64,000 nucleotides of DNA, from NCBI GenBank assembly GCA_032128875.1, contig JAVLKG010000001.1:736001-800000 (forward strand). Reading direction: 5' to 3'. This DNA comes from Candidatus Melainabacteria bacterium 17Bon1m. Its GTDB lineage: Bacteria; Cyanobacteriota; Vampirovibrionia; Obscuribacterales; Obscuribacteraceae. The number at the start of each line of letters is the position of its first letter. Position 1 is the stretch's first letter. Positions 9,955 through 19,922 of this stretch are shown piece by piece. The translations under genes were made by a program, and so were the position numbers. The notes under the pieces are model-generated. The model had not been told where the DNA came from, did not search any database, and was given only the letters and a program-made list of their open reading frames with translations.

Positions 9955-10164
9955 ATGAGCGAAGGCAACGAAGCCGAACTGGGCAGAAGCAAGTACGGTT
10001 CAACCCCGCAGGAGCACTTGCGGCACCTTTTAACGATTGGATGGAGTACAAAAAGTCCCCTAATACTTAAGTACGTTGCCGAGAATCGGCTGCAGCGAGA
10101 GCTTTCTGAATGGCAAGAGCTCGAGATTGCAGCTCCCGCGGCCAAAACGTCATCCAAGAAATAA
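9955..10164 (+). CDS. Small hypothetical protein (69 aa)
   Basis: ATG with GAGG upstream; fills the gap before the peroxiredoxin; no recognisable family. Confidence 0.5.
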   Translation: MSEGNEAELGRSKYGSTPQEHLRHLLTIGWSTKSPLILKYVAENRLQRELSEWQELEIAAPAAKTSSKK

Positions 10165-10169
10165 AGAGT

Positions 10170-10197
10170 GAAATTGCATCAATAATTGTGCAATTTC
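10170..10197. promoter_or_regulatory. Perfect 9-bp inverted repeat, candidate operator
   Basis: GAAATTGCA-TCAATAATTG-TGCAATTTC about 80 bp upstream of the peroxiredoxin start. Confidence 0.45.
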
Positions 10198-10278
10198 CAT
10201 TAAACATTTTAAGGATCTCGGCAGATGCTAATAAAATTGCCGGACTGATTCCCAAGCTTTTTTGGAGTGATTGCGTCT

Positions 10279-10818
10279 ATGTTGCAAGTTGGAAAAAGAG
10301 CTCCCGACTTTGATATGCCCTCGACCAAGGACATGAAAGGTCTCAAAGAGAACGTACGTTTGGCCGATTACAAAGGCAAATGGCTCGTCGTTTTCTTCTA
10401 CCCCCTGGATTTCACGTTCGTTTGCCCGACTGAAATCACCGCATTTGATAAGAGATACGACGAGTTCAAGAAAGCCGGCGCTGAAATCCTGGCTATCTCG
10501 ACCGACAGCGTATACAGCCACCGCGCTTGGATCCAAACCCCTGAAGACAAAGGCGGACTGGGCCCAATCAAGTTCGTATTGGCTTCCGACATCACCAAAG
10601 ATGTTAGCCGCGACTTCGGCGTATTGATGGAAGACAAAGGCATCGCATTGCGCGGCCTCTTCATCATCGATCCAGATGGCAACCTCCAATATCAAGTTGT
10701 CCACAGCCTCAACATCGGACGTTCGGTTGACGAAACTTTGAGAGTTCTCGAAGCACTCAAGACCGGCGGACTTTGCGGCGCTGACTGGAAGCCAGGCCAA
10801 AAGCCCCTCACCGTTTAA
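10279..10818 (+). CDS. 2-Cys peroxiredoxin (AhpC/TSA family, YkuU/AhpA-like)
   Basis: FYPLDFTFVCPTE peroxidatic motif and GGLCGADWKPG resolving Cys. Confidence 0.95.
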   Translation: MLQVGKRAPDFDMPSTKDMKGLKENVRLADYKGKWLVVFFYPLDFTFVCPTEITAFDKRYDEFKKAGAEILAISTDSVYSHRAWIQTPEDKGGLGPIKFVLASDITKDVSRDFGVLMEDKGIALRGLFIIDPDGNLQYQVVHSLNIGRSVDETLRVLEALKTGGLCGADWKPGQKPLTV

Positions 10819-10840
10819 TCACGGCGAGCCGAAAAATTTA

Positions 10841-10873
10841 CGGACCGCTCCTTTTGGGGCGGTCTGTTTTTTT
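10841..10873 (+). terminator. Rho-independent terminator
   Basis: CGGACCGCTCC-TTTT-GGGGCGGTCTG followed by a T tract. Confidence 0.8.
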
Positions 10874-11049
10874 GCAACATCTGCCGAGAATGGCTTCGCA
10901 ACAGTTAAATTACCTGCGACTTCTGCACTTGGAGCGATACAATAATCATTCGTAATCTGATGTGGTGGGCACGAGTTTCCCATTTGCATCGAGGGTCTGT
11001 CACTAGCCGTGCACACCCGAGTCCGAGCTAAGACCTAAAGGAGGTTCTG

Positions 11050-11529
11050 ATGCCACTTCGTATGGACGCTGCCCTGCCTTCGATTGAAGGCGGTACCGAG
11101 TGGTTTAACAGCCCACCGATCAAGAATGATGAGTTGAAAGGTGTTCCTGTACTTATCCATTTCTGGGCAATCAGCTGCGGCATTTGCAAAGAATCTCTGC
11201 CGGAAATTTCCGGTTGGCTCGACAAATACGGCAGCAAAGGTTTGAAGATAGTATCCGTGCACATGCCAAGGCAAGAATCGGATACCAACATTGATGCGGT
11301 CAAAGAAGCCATCAATGAGTACGAAGTGAAACAACCTTGCGTTGTAGACAACTGGCATGAAATCACTGACGGTTTTGAAAACAAGTACGTCCCCGCGTTC
11401 TACCTTTTTGATGAAGAAGGAAAAATGCGTCAATTCAATGCTGGCGAGAAAGCAGCCAAGCTCGTCGAATCGGCAATCGAAAGAGTAATCAACGCATACA
11501 CCGAGAAAAAAGAAGGCGCCAAAGCCTAG
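11050..11529 (+). CDS. Thiol-disulfide oxidoreductase (TlpA/YkuV-AhpT-like)
   Basis: LIHFWAISCGICKE, VHMPR and FENKYVPAFY. Confidence 0.9.
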   Translation: MPLRMDAALPSIEGGTEWFNSPPIKNDELKGVPVLIHFWAISCGICKESLPEISGWLDKYGSKGLKIVSVHMPRQESDTNIDAVKEAINEYEVKQPCVVDNWHEITDGFENKYVPAFYLFDEEGKMRQFNAGEKAAKLVESAIERVINAYTEKKEGAKA

Positions 11530-11602
11530 AGCTGAAGGCGAAAGCTGAAGCAAGACGGTTTGCAATTGGTAAACGCGAAAAAACAAAATTTGAGGGACGC
11601 TC

Positions 11603-12886
11603 ATGTCTACAACATCAGTGGTAAGCCGTTCGAAACAACTGGCAACCAGAGCTGAAGCGGTTATCCCAGGTGGAGTCAATTCACCTGCTCGTGCGCTGAA
11701 AGCAGTCGGTGCAGATCCAATCTATTTTGATCGTGGAGACGGACCTTATCTATTTGATGTAGATGGAAACCGCTTTATCGATTACGTTGGCTCATGGGGA
11801 CCGATGATCCTTGGTCATTGCCACCCGAGAGTGCTCGAAGCAATTGAGTCTACGGTTGCTCACGGAACCAGTTTTGGTGCGCCTTGCCGCCAAGAAGTAG
11901 AGATGGCTGAATTGGTATGCCAGCTCATTCCTTCAATCGAAATGGTGCGCATGGTCAACTCCGGCACGGAAGCAACCATGTCGGCAATCCGCGTGGCAAG
12001 AGCTTTCACTAAGCGTGACATTATCGTCAAATTCGAAGGTTGCTATCACGGTCACGGTGATTCGTTCCTCGCAAAGGCCGGCTCCGGATTAGCTACACTC
12101 GGCATCAGCAGCTGCCCGGGCGTTCCAGAAGAAGCGACCAAGCTGACCATCACTATTCCGTTTAATGATCTCGATGCAGTCAAAAAAGTTTTCAAAGAAC
12201 ACAGCAAAGAAATTGCTGCTGTAATTTTGGAACCTGTTGTCGGCAATGCAGGGCTGATTCTTCCTCAAGATGGTTTCCTCAAAGGCTTGAGAGATATCAC
12301 TGAGAAAGAAGGCGCTCTCTTGATCTTTGACGAAGTAATGACTGGCTTCAGAGTTGCCCTTGGTGGCGCTCAAGCGAGATATGAGATCAAGCCTGACCTC
12401 ACCACTCTAGGCAAAATCATCGGTGGTGGACTACCTGTAGGCGCATACGGCGGACGCAAGGACATCATGAAAATGATTGCCCCAAGCGGTTCTGTCTATC
12501 AAGCAGGTACGCTGTCCGGCAACCCGCTCGCCATGGCAGCAGGCCTTGCTCAACTAAAGATGCTTCAACAACCGGAGACATACGTAAAGCTCAACAACAA
12601 AACTGAGCTTCTCGCAAAAGGTCTCACTGCACTCGCTGAAAAGAAAGGCGGCATGAGAGTCGCTCATATCACCGGTATGATCACCCTCTTCTTCACTGAT
12701 AAAGAAGTCGTTGATTTTGAAACGGCGAAGAAGAGCGACACTGACAAGTTCGCCAAAGTCTGGCGCAAACTTGCGGAGAAGGGCATTTACTGGCCGCCAT
12801 CGCAGTTTGAAGCAGCATTCGTTTCGACAGTGCATTCGACTAAGGACATCGAGGAAACGCTCAAAGCCTTCGAAGAATCAGTGTAG
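11603..12886 (+). CDS. hemL: Glutamate-1-semialdehyde 2,1-aminomutase
   Basis: PGGVNSP, SGTEATM, FEGCYHGH, FDEVMTGFR and LGKIIGGGLPVG. Confidence 0.97.
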   Translation: MSTTSVVSRSKQLATRAEAVIPGGVNSPARALKAVGADPIYFDRGDGPYLFDVDGNRFIDYVGSWGPMILGHCHPRVLEAIESTVAHGTSFGAPCRQEVEMAELVCQLIPSIEMVRMVNSGTEATMSAIRVARAFTKRDIIVKFEGCYHGHGDSFLAKAGSGLATLGISSCPGVPEEATKLTITIPFNDLDAVKKVFKEHSKEIAAVILEPVVGNAGLILPQDGFLKGLRDITEKEGALLIFDEVMTGFRVALGGAQARYEIKPDLTTLGKIIGGGLPVGAYGGRKDIMKMIAPSGSVYQAGTLSGNPLAMAAGLAQLKMLQQPETYVKLNNKTELLAKGLTALAEKKGGMRVAHITGMITLFFTDKEVVDFETAKKSDTDKFAKVWRKLAEKGIYWPPSQFEAAFVSTVHSTKDIEETLKAFEESV

Positions 12887-12888
12887 TT

Positions 12889-13650
12889 TCAGCGATTCGA
12901 TTTGGTTTCAATTTCTGTGAGATGACCTTCTTTGCCTGCTCTCGCGTAGGCGAGTGTGATGGCGTTGACACTTAGAGCGCCGCTGTTCAGTAGCTCTCCG
13001 GCGCAAGCGGACAGAGTCGCTCCTGATGTGAGCAGGTCATCGACAAGGATGATGTGCTGACCTTCGCAGTATTTTTTGCTTGCTTGAAATGCGTCTTGAA
13101 CGTTTGCTTTTCTCTCCTGTTTTTTCAACTGATGTTGAGTTGCTGTTGCCTTTGTTCGTGTCAGCAAACGGGAATCAATACGAATGTCATGCTTGTATGC
13201 GACCGGGTTTGCTAATAGCTCCGCCTGGTTGAAACCACGCTTTACCATACGCCTCCAGTGCAAAGGAACCGGCACGAGAATGCAGTCTTTCACTCTAACC
13301 ATTTTGCTCAAGTCGTCCAGCGCCTGGTCGAGAAAGATCGAAAGATCTTCCGTGACAAGCCGGTCGTCATCATATTTTAAATGATAGAGCATCTTCTTGA
13401 GTGGACCGTGATAAGGTAAACGGCTTGCCACCAAAAGTGGTGCCATATCCTCTATGTTTACGATCTTCAGCAGCGATGGTTCAAGTTCTAGTTTGAAAAA
13501 ACAGCTGTCGCACAAAGTCGTTCGGTTTAACTCTTTCCAGCGTTTGGGACCACTGAGAAAGCCGACCAAATCAACCTTCAGCTCTTCACTGCAGACACGA
13601 CATTTTTCTTGGCACAGTGCGAATGAAAACGCATTGAATAACGCCTGCAC
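12889..13650 (-). CDS. comF: ComF family protein (double zinc ribbon plus phosphoribosyltransferase)
   Basis: CxxC...CxxC, VPVPLH..R...RGFNQA and LVDDLLTSGAT. Confidence 0.9.
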   Translation of the reverse strand: MQALFNAFSFALCQEKCRVCSEELKVDLVGFLSGPKRWKELNRTTLCDSCFFKLELEPSLLKIVNIEDMAPLLVASRLPYHGPLKKMLYHLKYDDDRLVTEDLSIFLDQALDDLSKMVRVKDCILVPVPLHWRRMVKRGFNQAELLANPVAYKHDIRIDSRLLTRTKATATQHQLKKQERKANVQDAFQASKKYCEGQHIILVDDLLTSGATLSACAGELLNSGALSVNAITLAYARAGKEGHLTEIETKSNR

Positions 13651-13860
13651 AAAATCACCTCCCTTTGAAGGATGGTTTTCTAGTTCAGTTTTGTATTTCC
13701 GTAGGGACAGAATTTGGGGACAAGTTATTAGACGAGCCGCCCAAACAAAAAGTTCAATCGCTATAAATCATTTTCGCGATTTACATTAGTTACTGAAAAA
13801 CCGGGCGAAAACCCAAACAGGGGCTAAGATAAGGCGTTTGAATCCTCGACTCGGCAACCG

Positions 13861-15186
13861 GTGACCATCATGCAAACAAGCACAGTCGACCAGGCAACTA
13901 AAGATTTGATTCGGCAAGCGGAAAAATCGCTTGCTGAACAATTTGAGTTTGTCGACGAGACCGCTTTGCAAAATCAGAGAAAAGTCCTCGATGCTTTTCG
14001 CAATCACAAACTGACCGAAGAGCACTTTGCTGAGAAGACTGGTTACGGAATTGACGATGCCGGCAGGGAGGCGCTCGATTCCATATTTGCCGAAGTTTTC
14101 AACGCGCCTGCCGCCGCTGTGAGAATGCAGGTGGTTTCAGGCACGCACGCACTGGCGCTGTGTCTTTATGGATGCCTTAAGCCTGGTGATAGGCTCGTCA
14201 GTATCACCGGCGCTCCATATGACACGTTGCAGCAGGTGATTGGTATTGCCGGGGACGGACGAGGTTCGCTCAAAGAGCTTGGTGTCTCCTATGCCGAAAT
14301 CGATATTGACCCCGCTCTATTAAATGTCTCGAACTATCACGCAGCCGGCATCGATGCACAGGTAGCGGCAGCCAGGGTTTTGGACCTTCAAAAACTTTTG
14401 GAAGCACCTACCAAATTGGTAACTATTCAGAAGTCTTGTGGTTATTCGTTCGATAGGCGCACGCTTTCCAACGAAGAAATCGGCAAAATGATAGCGTTGG
14501 TGAAGGCTACAAACCCGGATGTATTGGTCATGGTCGACAATTGCTACGGCGAGTTCGTCGAAGCTACGGAGCCGACAAGCCACGGTGCCGACATCATCGC
14601 CGGTTCTCTAATTAAGAACCCTGGCGGCGGTCTGGCTATATCTGGTGGCTATATTGCTGGTCGAGAAGATCTCATCGACTCTGCCCTGTTCCGCCTGACC
14701 GCGCCAGGCATTGGCGGTCACCAGGGGGTTAGCTTCAACCAAAACCGGCTCCTGTTCCAGGGATTGTTCCTCGCGCCCTCCGTAGTTGCCTCGGCGGTAA
14801 AAGGCGCAATGCTGTCTGCACTGGTCTTTAGCGACCTGGGTATGGATGTGAAGCCTGCCGCCACGGACAGAAGATTCGACATCATTCAAGCCATCAAGTT
14901 CGGAAACCGCCAGAAATTGGTCAATTTCTGTCGCGCCATTCAGTATTTCTCGCCCGTCAATGCTCACGTTTCGCCTGAGCCAGCTGAAATGCCCGGATAT
15001 GAAGATCAGGTGGTAATGGCAGGGGGCACTTTTGTTGAAGGTTCAACTATCGAACTGTCAGCAGATGGTCCACTTCGAGAGCCCTATGCTGCCTTTTTGC
15101 AGGGCGGCCTTACATATCTCCATATTAAGTGCATGCTAGAAGGGGCTATAACCCGCAGCAGGAGCGGCGAACTGCCATTTGTGTAG
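13861..15186 (+). CDS. PLP-dependent methionine gamma-lyase family / YnbB aluminium-resistance protein
   Basis: SGTHAL, VDNCYGEFVE, GSLIKNPGGG and GSTIELSADGP. Confidence 0.9.
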   Translation: MTIMQTSTVDQATKDLIRQAEKSLAEQFEFVDETALQNQRKVLDAFRNHKLTEEHFAEKTGYGIDDAGREALDSIFAEVFNAPAAAVRMQVVSGTHALALCLYGCLKPGDRLVSITGAPYDTLQQVIGIAGDGRGSLKELGVSYAEIDIDPALLNVSNYHAAGIDAQVAAARVLDLQKLLEAPTKLVTIQKSCGYSFDRRTLSNEEIGKMIALVKATNPDVLVMVDNCYGEFVEATEPTSHGADIIAGSLIKNPGGGLAISGGYIAGREDLIDSALFRLTAPGIGGHQGVSFNQNRLLFQGLFLAPSVVASAVKGAMLSALVFSDLGMDVKPAATDRRFDIIQAIKFGNRQKLVNFCRAIQYFSPVNAHVSPEPAEMPGYEDQVVMAGGTFVEGSTIELSADGPLREPYAAFLQGGLTYLHIKCMLEGAITRSRSGELPFV

Positions 15187-15277
15187 TGGGTAAATGTTTG
15201 CTTATCGCCTTTTCTAATCCCCTTTTCTTCTTTAGAATTAGAGTCTGAACTTCGCAAGTCGGTTGGAGGAGTCACTC

Positions 15278-16285
15278 TTGGTTGCTCAAATACGAAATAG
15301 AGCCAGTCTTTCGGTAGGCGTAAGCAGAGCGCAGGAGACAAGCGGACATTTTGACCTGAAGATTCTGTCCGGCACTGCCAACCCTGAACTCGCCAGAGAA
15401 GTCGCTGAGTATCTGGAACTGAGCGTCTCTCCGGTCAAAATTCAACCATTCTCTGATGGCGAGATATATGTGCAGCTCCAGGAGAGCGTGCGCGGCGTTG
15501 ATTGCTTCGTTGTGCAATCGACTTGTTCGCCGGTGAATGAAAATCTGATGGAACTGCTCATTATGCTTGATGCGCTGAAGAGAGCATCGGCAGGCAGAAT
15601 TACCGTCGTCATGCCTTATTTCGGATACGCTCGCCAAGACAGAAAGGCGGCTGGTCGCGAAGCCATCACAGCCAAGCTGGTGGCAGACCTACTCACCACG
15701 GCAGGTGCAGACCGCGTTGTGGCGCTGGACTTGCATGCACCGCAAATCATGGGCTTCTTCAATATCCTGGTTGACCACCTCTATGGCAGCCCGGTCTTGA
15801 TTGATTACATGAATTCGCTCGATCTCAAAGATATCGTTCTCGTCAGCCCCGACGTCGGTGGTGTGGCAAGAGCACGTGCATTCGCGAAGAAGTTGAACGA
15901 TTCACCTCTCGCCATCATCGACAAGCGCCGCACAAAGCACAACGAAGCCGAGTCACTCAGCCTTGTTGGTGACGTCAAAGGCAGAACGGCGATCATGGTA
16001 GACGATATGGTCGACACCGCAGGCACTCTAGTCAAAGGCGCTGAGTTGCTCAGAAGAGAAGGTGCCAAGTCGATTATTGCTTGCTCGACGCACGCCGTCC
16101 TTTCTGGTCCTGCCAACAAGCGTCTCGAAGAATCATGCATCGAGAAGCTCATCGTGACCAACTCTATCCCTCACGATCCAACCAAGATCTCCAAGAAGAT
16201 TATTCAAGTCAGCGTTGCCAAACTACTCGGCGAAGCGATTGCGCGGATTCACGACGATTCTTCCGTCAGTGAATTGTTCGAGTAG
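15278..16285 (+). CDS. prs: Ribose-phosphate pyrophosphokinase
   Basis: FSDGE, PYFGYARQDRK, DLHAPQI, SPDVGG and DDMVDTAGT; TTG start after GGAGGAG. Confidence 0.97.
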   Translation: MVAQIRNRASLSVGVSRAQETSGHFDLKILSGTANPELAREVAEYLELSVSPVKIQPFSDGEIYVQLQESVRGVDCFVVQSTCSPVNENLMELLIMLDALKRASAGRITVVMPYFGYARQDRKAAGREAITAKLVADLLTTAGADRVVALDLHAPQIMGFFNILVDHLYGSPVLIDYMNSLDLKDIVLVSPDVGGVARARAFAKKLNDSPLAIIDKRRTKHNEAESLSLVGDVKGRTAIMVDDMVDTAGTLVKGAELLRREGAKSIIACSTHAVLSGPANKRLEESCIEKLIVTNSIPHDPTKISKKIIQVSVAKLLGEAIARIHDDSSVSELFE

Positions 16286-16303
16286 TTCTGGGTTAACGAC
16301 GCG

Positions 16304-16933
16304 ATGATTCTTGAAACATTTCCAGCGGGTCCTTTGCAGTGCAACTGTTCGATCATCGCTTGCCCTGAGACAAAGGAGGCAATCGTTGTCGACCCGGGCG
16401 GCGATGTTCAGAAGATCATTGATCGTCTCAACAAGCAAGGACTGACGGTCAAATACCTGCTGCATACTCATGCGCACTTCGATCACATCATGGGTTCAAG
16501 AGAACTCAAAGAAAAGACCGGCGCGAAGATTTGCCTGCACGAAGGTGATCAGTGGCTGTACGACAACTTGCAGAAGCAATGCGGATTATTCGGCTTCAAA
16601 GCCACAGACACGCTTCCTGTCGACCACTACTTGCAAGATGAAGAAGAGGTCAAAGTAGGAAATCTCAAAACGACTGTAATCCACACTCCCGGTCACACGC
16701 CCGGCAGTTTATGTTTTTCAGTCAAAGAAAAAGAAAGCACCTTGTTTTCGGGCGACACCCTCTTTCAGCGTTCTATCGGCAGAACTGACCTCTGGGGTGG
16801 TTCGTTCGACGAAATCATCAAGTCGATTTCGCAACGCCTTTTCGTTCTCGATGACTCGACAAATGTGATTCCGGGACACGGGCCAAACACCGACATCTGG
16901 TCAGAGAAGCGCGAGAATCCATTCGTTCACTAG
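16304..16933 (+). CDS. MBL-fold metallo-hydrolase (glyoxalase II/YcbL-like)
   Basis: THAHFDH, HTPGHTPG, SGDTLF and PGHG. Confidence 0.93.
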   Translation: MILETFPAGPLQCNCSIIACPETKEAIVVDPGGDVQKIIDRLNKQGLTVKYLLHTHAHFDHIMGSRELKEKTGAKICLHEGDQWLYDNLQKQCGLFGFKATDTLPVDHYLQDEEEVKVGNLKTTVIHTPGHTPGSLCFSVKEKESTLFSGDTLFQRSIGRTDLWGGSFDEIIKSISQRLFVLDDSTNVIPGHGPNTDIWSEKRENPFVH

Positions 16934-16945
16934 TTAAAGACTAGT

Positions 16946-17020
16946 TTGACTACGATTGGGTTGATCTCGACCAGCTTGATCTCGACCAGCTTGATCTCGA
17001 CTAGCTTGATTTCGACTAGT
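16946..17020. repeat. 15-bp tandem repeat (four close copies plus a degenerate upstream copy)
   Basis: TTGATCTCGACCAGC x2, TTGATCTCGACTAGC, TTGATTTCGACTAGT at 16961-17020. Confidence 0.9.
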
Positions 17021-17037
17021 TTTGCACAGGCAATTAC

Positions 17038-18168
17038 TTAGTGTCTGGCTGCGCCAAGAATTTGATCTGCGCGCTTTTGCAGGTCTTCGGCTTCACTCAT
17101 ACGACCTTGCGTTTTGCAGATATTTGCCAGATTTCTGAGACTCATGCCCACATTGACGTGGTCGCTGCCGAAATTCTTTTCGTAAATGCCTAGAGCTTGG
17201 CGGGAAAGCGACTCTGCTTTTTCCATGCGTCCTTTCGACTCATAGAAAAGTGACATCGAAACCAGTGTAGTTGCCACTTCTGGGTGGTCTGTGCCCAACA
17301 CGGAGGAGAACAGCTGGAGCGCCCGAATGAAGAGCGGCTCTGCTTCCGAGAATTTATTCGTTCTGTGATAGAGCACTGCTAAATTGTGCAAACCGGTGGC
17401 CACCTCAGGGTGATCTGAGCCGAGGTTCTTTTCGAAAATCTCGAGCGAACGTCTGTGCAATGGCTCGGCGCGCTCATAATCGCCCATATAGGAATAGTTG
17501 TTGGCCAGACTGCGAAGCCCTTCGGCAACGTCCAAATGGTCGCTGCCCAGAACTTTCTCCTTAATTTGAAGGGCTCTTTCGTAATATTGGGTCGCTTCTT
17601 CGTACTCGCCGAGCTTTCTTAAAACGCGAGCAAATGTCTTCAAGCTGTCCGCAACTTCGAGGTTGTCAGGCGCCAGCGGGCTCTCTTTGAGAGTGAGCGA
17701 CTGGCGAAGAATCGGTTCGGCTTCTTGAAAGCGACCGACCAAAGAGTAGTAGTTGCCGAGCGCGCGGCGACTTTCGCCGGCTTTGGGATGGTCTTGCCCT
17801 AGCGCCTTCTGGCGAATTTCCAGCGTGCGCTTGAGAAGGTCTTCGGCGTGTTCGATTTTCCCCTGGGCCAGGTGAGTGCGTGCCAGCAGGGAAAGGCATT
17901 CCGCTACGTGTAGGTGTTCTTTTCCTTGCTGCGCTTCGCGGATGTTGAGGGCTCTATTGAGAAGTGACTCTGCTTCTTCGTGTCTATTGGTATGGATGTA
18001 GAGCTGGGCGAGATCGACGCAACTGGTGGCGATTCGCAGGTTTTCGGGACCCGACTTCATCGCCTCTTCCAGGGCTGAAGTCCAGCATTTCAAGCACTCT
18101 TCATAATCCTGTGCCTTGAAAGCCTTCTGGCCTTGCCGTTTTAGATTCTCCCAATTCTCGTTGACCAT
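17038..18168 (-). CDS. Tetratricopeptide repeat protein (KLC-like)
   Basis: Repeated 'LG.DHP.VA..L.NLA..Y....+..EAEPL..RAL.I' units. Confidence 0.9.
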   Translation of the reverse strand: MVNENWENLKRQGQKAFKAQDYEECLKCWTSALEEAMKSGPENLRIATSCVDLAQLYIHTNRHEEAESLLNRALNIREAQQGKEHLHVAECLSLLARTHLAQGKIEHAEDLLKRTLEIRQKALGQDHPKAGESRRALGNYYSLVGRFQEAEPILRQSLTLKESPLAPDNLEVADSLKTFARVLRKLGEYEEATQYYERALQIKEKVLGSDHLDVAEGLRSLANNYSYMGDYERAEPLHRRSLEIFEKNLGSDHPEVATGLHNLAVLYHRTNKFSEAEPLFIRALQLFSSVLGTDHPEVATTLVSMSLFYESKGRMEKAESLSRQALGIYEKNFGSDHVNVGMSLRNLANICKTQGRMSEAEDLQKRADQILGAARH

Positions 18169-18390
18169 TAGTCGTCCAAATTTCCAAGAGCTACGTGGAT
18201 ACCTGACTCAGATCTTACAACCAATTCTTACTTGCGATTGGCGAAAAACTTGCCCTGTCACTAATCTTTGTCTGCCTTTGTGGACGAGTTTGATACCAGA
18301 TGCGGTAGCAGTGCAGGCAGGCGCAGAGAGCGGTCCGTAATGTTTATGGCGCAGCGTGTTACAACGAAACGACGTGATTATTGCAGAGTG

Positions 18391-19842
18391 CTATTGCGGG
18401 GCGGCTGCGCTTGTCGGGTTGATAAGCTTCGAGTCTTTGAGGTCGGAGCGTATAGCTTTGGACAGTTCGATTTTCGCAGTTTTTCTTCGAGCATTTAGCC
18501 AGCGCTCGAGAGCGGCTTTGGCATTGGGTTCTTGAAGCTTTTGCTTGATAAAATCCTTCACGTCTGCAAATACGAACGGTCCAGCCGGCTGGCGGTCAGT
18601 CACTTTCATAATCACATAGCCAACTTCGATTGGCATTACTTTCGGTGCCGTCTCCCCGGCTTTCAAGTTCTCGAGCATTTGTTTCACTGCAGGTTGCAGC
18701 ATGCTCAGCTCTACCCAGCCGGCGTCACCACCGGTTTTTCCAGCACGAGCTTGAACATCATCGGTGTTTTCGTTTGCTAACAGTTTGAAGTCTTCGCCCT
18801 TCTGCGCGCGTTTGAGAATGTCGTCTGCTTTCTTGGCGAGTTCAGCCTTTTTCGCTTTGATGGCTTCTTCTAATTCAGAAGGGCTGATATCCGGCTTGAC
18901 ACGCACGATCTGGCTTTTGATGCCTTCCAGATTGCCAATGTTTTCTTCTGGTGCGGCAATGATGATCTGGCTCAGGCGAATACGCTCGCCGTGTTTGAAC
19001 TTATCTTTGTTGGTCTCGAAGAACTTCTTCGCGACGTCGTCAGTCACTGGTGATTCGTTGACGATTTTGTCTTGAATCATGATGACCATAAAATTGTTGA
19101 CGATGTCATCACGGTAGACTTCCGGTGACAAACCTGACTGTTTAAGCGCTCTCGGATAAACTTCCGAATCTTTCAATTCCATGTAGTTGTTGAAAGCCTT
19201 TTGTGTAAAACCTCTGGCGCGCGCTTCTGCCAAGAAGAGTTCATGGTCGACAAGCGAGTCCAGCAGCCCTTCTTCTTGAAGTGTGCGGAACATCTTATTG
19301 GCGAGCGCCTCTTCCATAATCAGTTTTTCAAACTGTGCTTCGGACAAATTGCCGGACTTGAGAAACTCTTTGAATTTCTCGGGAGTGTTGCCACGAGCCA
19401 TTTTTGCCGCTTCCAGCAGTTTTGCCTTTTCGTCTGCGGTGAGAGTCATGCCGCGGCGTTTTGCTTCTTCTAAATAGGGCTTTGTGATGCCTGGATCCAT
19501 TGCCATAGTGTCTTGAAACTTCTGCATGTTCGTCTTCAACTGACGCCTGTAGGTAGCCATCGTTATCGGCTGACCTTCTACGTAGCAGATGATTACTTCA
19601 TCGCCCAACTGTTTTGCCTTAATCACCTTCATCGCATCAGCGACTTGCGGCAGGTCCATAACAGCTTTCTTCTCTTCAGCAGGTTTGCCGTCTTTCGTGG
19701 CGCCTGTACTGGTACCATCCGGTGTTTTGCCGTCCACTTTTGTGGCGTCGCCGGTGGTGTCAGCTGGTTTGTCTGGATTCTGGCAAGCCTGCAAGCAAAC
19801 GATTGATAGAAGTGCCACTGACAGTGCTGTTAGTCTCTTCAT
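18391..19842 (-). CDS. Parvulin-type peptidyl-prolyl isomerase lipoprotein (PrsA/SurA-like)
   Basis: Lipobox LQAC, SurA-N-like helical region, then RLSQIII...GEDFKLLA...GGDAGW. Confidence 0.88.
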   Translation of the reverse strand: MKRLTALSVALLSIVCLQACQNPDKPADTTGDATKVDGKTPDGTSTGATKDGKPAEEKKAVMDLPQVADAMKVIKAKQLGDEVIICYVEGQPITMATYRRQLKTNMQKFQDTMAMDPGITKPYLEEAKRRGMTLTADEKAKLLEAAKMARGNTPEKFKEFLKSGNLSEAQFEKLIMEEALANKMFRTLQEEGLLDSLVDHELFLAEARARGFTQKAFNNYMELKDSEVYPRALKQSGLSPEVYRDDIVNNFMVIMIQDKIVNESPVTDDVAKKFFETNKDKFKHGERIRLSQIIIAAPEENIGNLEGIKSQIVRVKPDISPSELEEAIKAKKAELAKKADDILKRAQKGEDFKLLANENTDDVQARAGKTGGDAGWVELSMLQPAVKQMLENLKAGETAPKVMPIEVGYVIMKVTDRQPAGPFVFADVKDFIKQKLQEPNAKAALERWLNARRKTAKIELSKAIRSDLKDSKLINPTSAAAPQ

Positions 19843-19922
19843 TCTGCTGTTTATAAGCCTCTCGTTTGTCTGTTCTGATATCGATCTGCATCTTTCGAGA
19901 TGCAGGTTATTTTTCCATCTCG

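Noticed and set aside
16946-17020. Possible CRISPR array
   Set aside because: The units are contiguous 15-mers with no spacers, and no cas genes are present.
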